64,000 bases of DNA from Paramecium tetraurelia (Eukaryota): the NCBI GenBank assembly GCA_000165425.1, contig CT868650.1:62001-126000 (forward strand), given 5' to 3'. Positions 41,429 to 53,426 of this stretch are shown in pieces (position 1 is the stretch's first letter; each line of letters starts with the position of its first letter). A program made the translations under genes and the position numbers. The notes under the pieces are model-generated. The model made no database searches. It saw only the letters and a list, made by a program, of their open reading frames with translations, and was not told the DNA's origin.

Positions 41429-42817
41429 TCAATTTTTTAGCTTTTAAGCCAACTTTGCTGATTTTGGTGTGTTAGTAGTCGTTGGTTACTTTGTGACTCG
41501 AGATGACGAAGTACTCGAAATAGCAACCTAACTGCTTGGAACACTGGCATTATTATCAAAATCGTAGCCATTAAATAAATCTAACAATTATGTTTCCTCT
41601 TACTTTGTATAGAATTCCTCCTTAACATTATTTATTGATCCTCATTCATCGTATCGTCTGAATCTCTTCTACTGTCTGATGGAAGGTAATTGTCCTCATT
41701 ACCCTAATAATCATTATATAACTATCTTTTACATTCGGTATGAAAGGTGCAATCATTTCCTTGCTAATCAACTTCTCCCAACTGAAGTCTTTAAACCAAG
41801 GATGTTCCTTTACTTCATCTGGTCCGTTATTTCCCAACCTATTCTAGGGTTTTCTTTAAAGTAACTAAACCATTAAACACAATGACTTACTCTGTTTGTA
41901 AAATCAGCTGCCTCCAAACTCCATCCTGGAGGTACTTCTTATCTTTTTATGGCAGCCTACTTTGCTAGCATTTATTCCCTTATTTCCTAACGACTTCTTC
42001 CCAAATATGGTCTTCTTCCCAACATACATTCGTATACTATCACACCCAATGCAAAGTAATCAACTGCTACTCCATGATTATGTCCTATAAAATTATAAAT
42101 TATGTATATGATACTGCACATAACTTCTGGTGCCATGTATCCTGGAGTTCCACTAGTGTCTTGAGAATTTTCAGGTTTCCAAATTCTTGCAATGCCAAGA
42201 TCTGTTAATCTCAAGTATCCTAACTTAATAATGACTTTGAAATACCGTTGCTATCGAAGACTAAATTTTCTGGCTTCAAATCTCTGTGTAATATCCCTTA
42301 TTGATGTAAATATTCCAATGCCACTATTATACATGCACTGAAAAACTCTATATATTATTTAGAATCAAGAAAATACTTGTTTGTTCCTCATTAAACTTTC
42401 TATGTCTTCCGATGTGATATCTCAGATCTCCCCCTGAAAGCAGATCCATAACTAAATACAAATACTCTCTATCTTGAAATGAGTTTTGCATATTGATCAA
42501 GAAACTTGTTTTTAATTTCCATATTTACTTATGCTTTAAACCACAGAGCAATGCTTTTTCATTCATTACTGACTAAACAGATTTCTTGTTTATGATCCTA
42601 GATAATTCACAATAAATTACTTAGGTTTCGACATCACTTTGAGGGCATAAAATTGTTTATTCTTTTTTTGTCGAACTTTCCACACTTTACCAAAACCACC
42701 TCTTCCAATGGCATCTATAAATTGAAAATTTTAAACAGACATCACTACTTATATATTCTAAATACCATTGTTTTCCATTTGATCCTCTTTTTTTTCATTG
42801 ATATTGCAATTTCCCAT
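41429..42817 (-). CDS. AGC-group kinase (YANK/STK32-like, ~385 aa) with nine 21-30 nt introns
   Basis: MGNC start, GRGGFGKV, YALK, HRDLKPEN, TDLGIAR, SGTPGYMAPE. Nine introns total 231 nt, leaving 1158 nt. Confidence 0.9.
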
Positions 42818-43169
42818 TATTATATAAATATATATTAAATTCTTATTATAACTTAACTATCTCTACTCTTTTTTTTCACAAAAGAATTTCCATCTGTAAT
42901 AATCAAACCTGAATATTCAAAATCAAAAGTGACTCATTATTGTAAATCATATGCCAATATAATTAATACTCATAATGCAGAGTCACTAAATTACATAATA
43001 TCAATTATTTGCATCTTCTTGATTCAAAATAAATCAATGTTATTTAATAATCATATTTTAATCTTAGAATACCCTGTAATCCACCTATTGAAAGTGATAT
43101 CTAAAATGAAAAAGTCCCAATAACAATGTATTAGAATTGTGATTTATATTAATAAATTTATTAACGAAT

Positions 43170-43565
43170 ATGCTCTACGATTCAACCTAACCCTACTAAG
43201 GAATCAAAGGAGGAACTTCTTTCACTTATGATGATTACGTACCCAAAAAAAGAAACCTGTCTACACTATCAACAACTACTAAAAAATAATAACAAAAGAC
43301 TTAGACTTCAGTGGCGACCTCTAGTAATGTTGAAGACAGATTGCTCGACTATGAAAAAAGAAGATTGATTAAAATTTAAAGAATGCAAATGGAATTCCTT
43401 TCAAATAAAGAAAATCATTAACTTCATAAAAAGTTGTAATAAAAATCTGGGTCCAATAAAATTTTATAGCCAAATGAACTCAGATCTACCTAGCAAAACA
43501 GCATCCTGGGTCAATGTATGAATAACTTTTTAAAGAAAAATTAAAAAGCCTAACTTTACTTTTGA
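43170..43565 (+). CDS. Hypothetical protein (~131 aa)
   Basis: Open in table 6 from MLYDSTQPY to TGA; contains VEDRLLDYEKRR. Confidence 0.6.
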
Positions 43566-43998
43566 TATCATCAATAATTATATATATATAATAACACTTA
43601 ACATTATAAAAGCTACGGAATTTATATAATTATGTTAAATCAATTAAATCTATTGGGCATAGTGAATGAGAAAGAGATCATCTAAATTTAGCATTCTAAG
43701 TAGGCACAACATTCATTATTGCATTGAAAAGGAGTAAAACGACTTGAGCATGGTTTTTGCTGAAGGGTATGTTTTGATTAAATTAAATATTTTAAATTTC
43801 AATCAGAGTTTAAGTCTCAATTAATCATCATTTTCTAACGTGTTTTTTAAAATCTCTGGCTCTAAGCAAAATTTGAACTCTTATTATTGACTATTGATGT
43901 TTTCTGACATTCAATTTCTAAATGCCAATAAACTGAAAATATGGGGGTTATGAATGATAATTAATTGATATCCTACGCAATTGTTCGTTTTGGACTTA

Positions 43999-45133
43999 AT
44001 GATAAAAATATAAAACAAGTATAGCTACTCATAACAAGATCTCATCGGAGAAGGTGCGTATTCTAAGGTCTATAAAGGTTTATTCGATAAAACAAATGAA
44101 TGCGTTGCTGTTAAAGGTAAGAATTTAGCATCATCTTAGTAATTGATTGGAGTAGAGTAAAGGATAAATACTATATCTCTGGGTTTTAGAGAGAAGTTCG
44201 AATAATGAGAGATCTCGACCATGAAAATATAGTTAAAATAATTGATATGATTCATGACCCCAGTTAGAATAGAGAATATCTAATAATGGAATATTGCGAT
44301 AGTTAAAACCTCGCAAACTTCATCTATCAATCTGGAGGAGTTCTAAATGAGAATGTCTCGAAAATAGTATTGTAGTAATTATTGACGGCTCTAAACGAAT
44401 TAATCAAAAAGGACTACTTACACAGAGACATCAAACCTGAAAATATCTTGATTCACTAAAGGACTTTGAAATTGGCAGACTTTGGATTCTCAGTAAAGGC
44501 CGATTATTCGGGCAATCAACTTTTTAGAGAAAATGTAGGAACACCATTGTATATGGCTCCATAAATACTTGAAAATAAACACTATTCGGTGAAAAGTGAC
44601 ATTTGGAGTATAGGAGTCATGGCATATTAAATGTTAACTGGAGACCACCCTTGGGTAGCAGACGATCCAGCACAACTTTTAAAATCCATAAAATCTCAAA
44701 AATTATAATTTCCTTCACATATTCCAATCTCAGAAGACTTCAAAGAATTTATAAAAAATTGCTTGTAATATGATGAAAAAGATCGATATAATTGGGATGA
44801 TTTAATCGAACATAAAATATTTAAAACTAAATATGTTATTTAAAAGAATTACACCAAAATTGAATAACTCTAAGTATTTTAATTTATTAATTCTAGGGAG
44901 CAATTAATTAAATAAGATAAGTTCAGAAAAGAAGAGGCACTCCATTAGAACAATTATTTAATAATTTAGATATGGACGGTGACAAGAAGCTTGCATTCGA
45001 AGAATTTCAAGTTTTATTACTTTATGTGGACAATCTTATGGAAATCAATATTTAAAAAGGAATCTTTTACAGATACAACGTTAGCAAAAATAACTTACTT
45101 AATTTTAACGAGTTTAGCAGGATATTTTGTTGA
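43999..45133 (+). CDS. Ser/Thr kinase with C-terminal EF-hand pair (~362 aa); introns 44117-44139, 44874-44896
   Basis: IGEGAYSKVYKG, VAVK, HRDIKPEN, DFG, VGTPLYMAPQ, DIWSIGV; EF loop DMDGDKKLAFEE. Confidence 0.88.
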
Positions 45134-45953
45134 TTCTTATAATTTATATTTATAATTACTAAAATAAATTAGTATTCTAATTATTTAATTCTAAGAATAT
45201 CATGACTATTTATTTATAGTCATAGAAATCTCTGGCTTGTCAAATATTTCAATTTATTTTAATTATTTTGTTCGAGTTTGTTTGAGAATAATCACATCAA
45301 TTGTTAAAATTTAAACAATTAATGAAATAATTTTCAATATGAGCTTCAAATAAAATTACCCCTAAAAATTATTACAATTTGATTTATGGTACTTTATTAA
45401 AGGAGAATAACTAAATTTGATGATAATAATTATTTATCTTCATCTATAATTATAACAAAAAACCATAGGATAACATCGAAATAGATTATAAATTTAATCC
45501 ATTTAGTAAATAAATAATATTATTCAAATGACTTTCTCATTTATTAATACAATTTCAACTCTGTTATATGAGTTCAATAGTAAAATAGGTATTTCTAGTT
45601 AAATAATTCTCTAATAAAATATTTATTTTGATGTTATTAAAATATTTAGTGTTTTATAGGACTAAGGAAATCACTTTTGGATATCTTAATTTTAAGGTTA
45701 AAATAGAATGATTCTGTTTATTTATAAGATGAATTTCGTTTAAAGTAGATAGAAATCAAATATTTTATGAAAAAGATAGTAGAATTTGTTGAAGCACAGC
45801 CTTTTATTCCTAAGCTATAAATACTTCCCAAATATTTACATTAAAATAATGAATATAAACAAATACGTAGGTTGGCTTAAATAGTACTATATACAAATAA
45901 TTTAAAAAATGATTATTTGTTACTGTTTATACGTGTTAATTAAATTATTATAA

Positions 45954-46409
45954 ATGAATACTTTAGTTATAGTTTTTGTAATTCTTTTAGTTCATGGCCA
46001 AGAAATAGACTGGGGATTGAATCTCGATTAAGAATAAAAACGAGATTATTTAATTGTCAATAGTAATGTTCAAATAAATTAGGCTGGATGTAATATTATA
46101 AAATTATATTAAGCAAATAATTAATAAAAAGGATAATATGTACAAGGTTAAGACTAAGGAACCATTAGTGAGGAGAATAAACGACAAATTTATGAAGAAT
46201 TTCTTTCCTACGATTTAGATGAGGGTATAGATTATGAGAAATAATTAGATGGCATTTTAAGAATAGATGAACTAAAATAATCATTTCGAGGGGAGGCAGA
46301 ACAATAAGTTAGGAAATTATTTGGATTCGGTGATAAAGACATGAATGGTTTTCTCAATTTTGAGGAATTCTTTAAATTCAGGACTAGAGATTCAATGTCA
46401 GATTTATGA
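45954..46409 (+). CDS. Small secretory-pathway two-EF-hand protein; probable introns 46090-46113 and 46225-46248
   Basis: Signal MNTLVIVFVILLVHG; EF loops DLDEDGILRIDE and DKDMNGFLNFEE; ends MSDL-TGA. Confidence 0.75.
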
Positions 46410-46442
46410 AATTAATGAGGACATATTAATGAATTATATATT

Positions 46443-47016
46443 TCATTTTGATCGCTTAAATTATGCACTAAGTAACATTTTTTAAGCCCTTTAAATCAGT
46501 TGCTTATGATATTAGATCAAATCATTAGTTGATAGTTTAGAAATATTTAGTTATTTTCTTTATGAATAAGTTGATTCGATGTGAATAGTGACTTGTTTCT
46601 TAAATGTAAGCGAAGTGTTGGGTGAAATGGGAGTACTATCTATTTGTTTTTCTTTGCTGCTTCGTCTGCTTGTTGCTTTCTACTTGATTACTCTTTTATA
46701 AGGTGAACATTCGCCAGCTTAGATCTGAGGTTGTGAATAGACTCTTATTCTGCTTTCTTCTTATTTTCGAGATAAAAATTCATTCAAAAGACACTATATT
46801 TAATTATTAGTTATACTTTACATTGATGTTCTTTGGATTTTAAATGCTCTATTTAATTAGTTACTCTAATTGGTCACGTTCATGAAAACTGCGAATAGGT
46901 GACACATTAGTCAACTTCAAGGACATTCTTTCAGTTTTTGGGGCTTATCGTTTTTGTTTAATTTGGACATGATTATGTAGAAATTAATTATCAATCAACA
47001 TAAAATAATTATTCAT
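46443..47016 (-). CDS. Hypothetical basic protein (~181 aa); intron 46794-46821
   Basis: Open after removing one 28-nt GT-AG intron; ends FKRSK-TGA. Confidence 0.6.
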
Positions 47017-47275
47017 GCCTTTAAAATGGATGAATATACTTGATATTATATTTAATATTGTTTTTCTAGTATTCAAATGAAAAAATGATTGAGAACTATA
47101 TGAAATTAGAAATCAACATAAAAGAGCCAATACTGAAATGAAGTATTCAATTTAATTTTTAAGTTTAGATTTAATCCTAATATATATTAGTGGTAGTAAG
47201 AGTTGCTTTGTATTAATATACATAAAACCTTAAGAAAGTCTTTTATTATTAGATTTATTAAAATTAATTTATAAA

Positions 47276-48848
47276 ATGGCTTCAATAGAATAGCAAGAAG
47301 GGATAATAATTGATGAAAGTAAATAAGGTATAAATCAGTATTCGATGTAGATTCAAGGATGAATTTTGCTGATGAAATTATTATTGACGATCAACATATT
47401 CTCACAATATCAGCAGAAAAGATGTTTGAAGAGCCTTAAAAACGCACACGTAAATCAAGATGGGGAGGAAGACCTGATAGAAAGTGTGCTAGACCTGAGT
47501 AAAAACACTTGCAATTCAATCCTTTAGAGGCGATGATGAATAGAAAATGCATCTTACCTGTAGGAGCCCAAAGCTTAGCCCCACCTGTACCCATTGGTAT
47601 GGCCTTACCATGGGGTATGTAACAAATGCCTGTGATGCAAGTTATGCCTCAGCAATATGGCTACAATTTTGTGCGAACAGATACTTCTGTATTGGGATTT
47701 GATTAATAATTAGCATACTCGATGGGGTCCTGAATACGAAAAAACCTTTCAACCTCCCTCTTTAAATTGCATACCTCCTGATTTGAGTATTGATGATTTA
47801 GAATATATAATCAGATTGTATTGTCTTGATGATATCAATTAAAAACTACAATAACCAATAGATAGTAAAATGGACGATCCTGATTTAAGGTCTCCTTCTC
47901 CGGAACCAGTATATGATCAACATGGTAAGAGGGTGAACACAAGGGAAGTTAGAAGAAAAGACAATTTTTAAAGAATTAAATGTTCTTTGACTGAAGAATG
48001 CATTAAAATAAATAAAAATTTTGTTCCTCCTCATGATTTTAAACCTTTGAAGAAATCATAAAAGATATATTTAACAGATACTCTTAATGCTCCTGATACA
48101 AATTACATTGGTCTTATTTTGGGACCAGGAGGAAATACTCAAAAGTTCTTGGAAGGGAAAACTGGATGCAAAATTTCTGTTAGAGGCAAAGGAAGTTCTA
48201 ATACTAAGAAGGTGGATTGGGATATGGATGACAAATTGCATGTCTTAATTTAAGCAGACAATGATGAGTAACTTCAATAAGGTGTTATTGAAATAGAGAA
48301 GATATTATCTGGGAATCAAGAAGATGAATAAGCAAGAAATGCAAGATTATAAGGATAAGTTATAGCTACAGTATTAAGAGATGACTTCTGTGAGTATTGT
48401 CATGAAAAGGGTCATAGAACGTATGCTTGTCCTACTAAGATTCCATTTGAAAAAGCAAGAGTGAAATGTGAAATCTGTCATGAATTTTCTCATCCAACTT
48501 CAGATTGTCCCTAAAAATTTGAACACAAAGAGAGTTTCATCCAATAATAATATGATAAATATAGAAAAGACTTAGGTTTGGAAAAGAATACTGAAATATT
48601 GTCATAAGAGAATTAAAATGAAAAAAGAACCACAGAATAAAGAGTAAATTTATTAATTTATTTATAAGGTTGCCTTTATTACTAATGCTTAGATTGTAAA
48701 ACCAATCTAAAACTTATAAATAGAGGATGATAAATTTATAATGGAAAGATTAAGAAGAGAGTAACAAGAAAAAGACAATTATGAAAGGGCTTAGAAAAAA
48801 GCATTAGAATAATATACATTGTAAACACAGGAAAACTAAAATAAATGA
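47276..48848 (+). CDS. SF1: Splicing factor 1 / branchpoint-binding protein (~499 aa); introns 47328-47350, 47689-47713, 48644-48668
   Basis: KRTRKSRWG (ULM), [22 protein letters not shown] motif [15 protein letters not shown]...KISVRGKGS, and two CCHC knuckles. Confidence 0.93.
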
Positions 48849-48908
48849 TGAATCAATATAATTATTCAAGGCATCTAAAATTATAAATAATATTAATTTG
48901 TTTGATAA

Positions 48909-50413
48909 TCAAACAATAGTTTAGTGAACTGACTTTCTAGTTTAGAAATGATTAAGAAAATTTAGTTGAGAGTATTCTTATGTTTCACTTTTCTTTAATT
49001 TGGATTTTTTTCTCACTTGAAGGTTTGATATTATTGAATCCTTCATTAAAACTTTGAAAATTGGTACTGCACAAATATTGGGTGATTCAGAATCAACTAA
49101 AAATTCTTCAACGTTTTTCTCAAAATTATCAGTCTTGGCTTGAAAAAAACCATTACTTCTTTCTAGAAGGTTTTGTACTAATAAGGGTTGTTGTTAATTA
49201 TTCACCAATTACTCCTCTTGAATAGTATCATTATTGAAATAAGGATGAGATAATGCTGATTCAGCACTTATCCTCTTTTCTGGATCTAATTCTAATAAGT
49301 CTTTCAATAAATTCAGCTCATTTTAACTTAATTTATATATTTAAAGAATCTATAAGTCTATTTTACAAGTTCTATTAAGTTTTAGAATTTCATTTGTTGT
49401 TTTTCCATAGAATAAATCTCTTTTTGTAACTCTATACAATCAAGAAAAATTATACAATTTAAAAAAGATACAACCAACACTAAATATATCCACTTTTTCA
49501 TTGTAATTATCTTTGAATGTTTCTGGGGCAGCATATCCTGGAGTACCAGAATCCGATAAGTTTATTTGAGAGTTGATCGGTACAGCAAGATGAAAATCTG
49601 TTAATTTAAGCCCTTCTATTGAATCTTTATTTTAAAAGACAATTGCAGTTGGCTTTAAGTCTCTGTGCATTATGTTTTGGGAATGAATTTGTTTAACTGC
49701 AGTAAGCAATTGCTACGAATTTAAATAGTATTTACTTTCATTATTATTAATATCTAGGGTTTGTCCAGCGTCACTCTGTTAAGTAATTCATTTAAATTGA
49801 CACCATCCAAGTATTCTTAAATTAAATAGACAGTATTTTCTCCTGTAAATACTTCATGTAACCTTTAAACATAATCCGATTTTATTTTATTTAGGCATTA
49901 TATTTCATTGTAAATACGAGACTAAATAAAATGTAAAATTTTACCATTGAATCTTCAAACTGATTTTTAGCATGGCATTTGATTTAAAATTATTTGTTAT
50001 CGATTAGATCAGAACATAAATACAACTAAATACATTTTAATTTTTTACCTCATCTAAATTACTGCCTCCTAGCAATGAGAGAGGTTTGTACAATTGATGG
50101 ACAGTTTTAAACATTATTTGATTCTTTATTGCCTCTCTAAGCTTCATTAAGTCTTCGTGAGTAGAATGGAATAGTTTTTCAATTCTATTCCAAATGATTC
50201 CAAAACTAACTAGCTAATTCTAATGATTGAGTTGCCAAGAAATTATGCTGTGTAATTTCAATTCTAAAATGTATTTAGGTTCTTTTCCAAACTTTTTTAT
50301 TTAACTCTTTATACTTGACTCAAAGTTATCTTGCTTGGTAAAAGTAAGAGAACGTACTTCTAATCCAAAAACATGTGTTATCTAATGCAAATGAACTTTA
50401 ATTATGATTCCAT
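48909..50413 (-). CDS. CAMK-like kinase-domain protein with degenerate catalytic motifs (~462 aa), five 23-24 nt introns
   Basis: HRDLKPTA, KLTDFH, SGTPGYAAPE, VDIFSVG, DPEKRISAESALSHPYF. Spliced length is 1389 nt. Confidence 0.82.
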
Positions 50414-52129
50414 TTAAAAATAATAGATTTAATTTTTTCATTACTTTGCATCATACATCTAATTATTTACAATACAATTCAAATATCTCGTTTTATTTCT
50501 TAAAAAAAATTATTGAATTTGAAACTATTCAATATCACATTTTTCAAAATGTAAATGAACATATTTGTAATCAAGTTAGAATCAATGGCAATCATCTCAA
50601 AATAATCATAAGGTAAAATAGGAACAAAAACTAATGATTCTGAAATTATAAGATCAGTTAATCAATCAAATCACGTTAAAAAGAATTTTTTCGCTTATAT
50701 TCGAATGAAAGGAAAGATCCAAATAAGAATTTATATTTGCAACATTTCATATTAGTCAATAGGTTCTATATTTATGACATTGAGAGACAAGCAAATAATT
50801 AAATGAAATTTATTCCTGTGTCTACTTTTACCTCTAATGTATAAACTATTGATCCTCAACAGAAATCACTTTAGGGAATATTAACAGAGTATTAATTCTA
50901 TCCCTTTAATATCTATATTCATTTTAATCTTATTTTTAGATGAAAAGAAAAAGAAAATAACTCGCATACATCAATATTTAGATTAGATCTTTCAAAAGAA
51001 ATCTCATCTAAATATAACTTACTTTAAAATACTAAGAAAGCATTATGAGATCAATTTAGTAGATTAATTATTACGGAAAATTAACCTATTGGAATATAAT
51101 CACCTTAACTTCAATATATTTAATATGAATGCTTAATTAATTAACTTAAAAATTATAGTTAGAAGAGATATAGTTATTAATGATCGCTATATATTATTAA
51201 AGTATATGAAAAATTAGCATAAAATCTAAATTTATAAATACATTTATTTTATAATTCTAACACTAATTTCCATTTCCGAGCCATTGATTTAGTATAACTA
51301 ATCCTGAATTTTTCTTTATTATTTTTATTTTAGAGGAGCTTAAAAAAGACTAGAAATAAAAAATTAATATACAAACAAGATATAATCATAAGCAATAGAT
51401 GATAAAAGTTGAATTTTTTAAATTAAAATAATTTTTTTGTCTATCACCTCATTAAGTTTCTATATTTATCAACATATCCTATTTAATCGCTTAATCCTAT
51501 AACTTTTAGTCTAATTAAATATAAAATTAAGTAAAAGATACTCGTGAAATTGTATAAAGCAAAACATGTAGGTTATAATAAGTATGTAGATTTAAGATTT
51601 AGTACTACATATACTATGTCCAGATTATTAAAAATATCATAAATACATTCATCTACTAAAAGTTAGATATAGCTCTAAAATATTAGATACTAATTATTAG
51701 CATTCATCATTCCGAGAAGGACTATTTATTTTAGAATCAAACCTTAAATATCCAAATAAATTCACAATTTTTAGATTTGTGTATATAATATGTTAGAAAA
51801 TTAATAATAGTTAATTCTCTATACATTGTTATTTTTTAGTTAAAGAACATTTTGAAATTTACTTCAACATTCTTTATTGGAGTAGTACAAATTCTATATA
51901 AACTCCTTTATCCAATAAAAAATCATAGGGTTTTGAAATGATTTGTAATATTTCAATCATAATTAAGTGATTAAGTCAATTAGAATTAAAAATCAACTCT
52001 TAAATTTACTAAGTAGTATATTTGGAATGATTCTTTTTTATTAATCGAGTAATATCATGTTTGGAAGAATTTCAAGAATTTTTATAATAATAATAATTTT
52101 TATAAATAAATTACAAATACTAACAATGT

Positions 52130-52870
52130 TCAATTTTTGATCATCGAAGAGGTTAACTTAGAATTATAAGAATCATTCAATAGATCCAAAATATCTTATT
52201 CCTATTCCCACAATTATTATATTTTCATGAAGTCTTATGCCTTTTTCTTAAAGCTATCAAGAACAGCTTTCTTGTGTTAAGATTTAAATTATTCTTATTT
52301 TTATTATTTGTACATGGCTAAGTGTACTTGTTATTACTATTCATATTATTGAACTCTTTATTTCTTCTCCATATTGTATGATTTTGATCTTTCCTTTTAG
52401 AGAATGATAACTTTATCGTGATTCAACGATTACTTTTTCATTAACTCAAATTGTTCCTTCTTCTATTGCTGCACACTTTATCGAATTTAAATTTTAAGTG
52501 ATTATTGTTGTTGTTTCAAATGCTTGGTTTTTTCTCTGAATAGTTCCAGAGATTGTTCTCTAGATTCTTTATGTTTACTTTACTAAATAGATGACTGATT
52601 AAATACCTACTTCAAGTATTCGTTATATTCATTTCTAATGCTATTTACTTGTTCACTTTTTATTTCATTTTAGATTTGTTTCCCTTATCTAAATACTCAG
52701 AAAAATTACAATCGCTATCGAAATACTGCCAACATTTTGACTCTATTGATCATAACATCCAATTATCGTTTCATCTCTATTTACTCTTTCTTAGAAATTC
52801 TTTGACTTACTTTTTCAATTGTGTCTTAGTTACTAAAAGAATCCTATTTCTAACTTATACTACACGACAT
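52130..52870 (-). CDS. Q/K/E-rich coiled-coil hypothetical protein; intron 52689-52709
   Basis: The single in-frame TGA lies inside a 21-nt GT-AG intron; ends MIKN-TGA. Confidence 0.6.
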
Positions 52871-53426
52871 AAAGAGTTTATTTCTAAATTTAATAATATA
52901 ATGTATGAGTAGAAATAATTAAATGATATTCTAATCCGAAACAACAACTAAATAAGAAGAATAAAAACAAAATTGTTATCTATATATTTGACAAACATTT
53001 ACAAATAAAATTGGTTTGATATGCATCTCAACTTTACCAATTATATATTATTTGAGTTGAGATGGGATAAAATTTATATCACTTTATTTTGATTTCTCTA
53101 TATTTTAAGAGATTTGACATTGATATTTAAATTGGAGACAACTTTAATAATTAGCAATTTCAAATTTGATAGTTTATGAATTATTAAGCATTCAAAAATA
53201 AGAAATAATATTCTTTAAAACAAAGAAAAATTGAAAAATCTCTAAAATTAGCTGGATTTCAAAAATTATAAAATTTGTTGTTGTTGTTTTTATAAATGAA
53301 TTAAAATTATTTGATCAAATGCAGATATTTGATAAAGATTAAATATATAATTAAAAGAGAATCTAATGGTTTTGATTATTATATCAATTTACAATATGAT
53401 GAGAAAATATTACCCTAAATATAAAC

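Noticed and set aside
45640..45900. Coding-like patch (..DEFRLKQIEIKYFMKKIVEFVEAQPFIPK..)
   Set aside because: I could not build a start-to-stop model.
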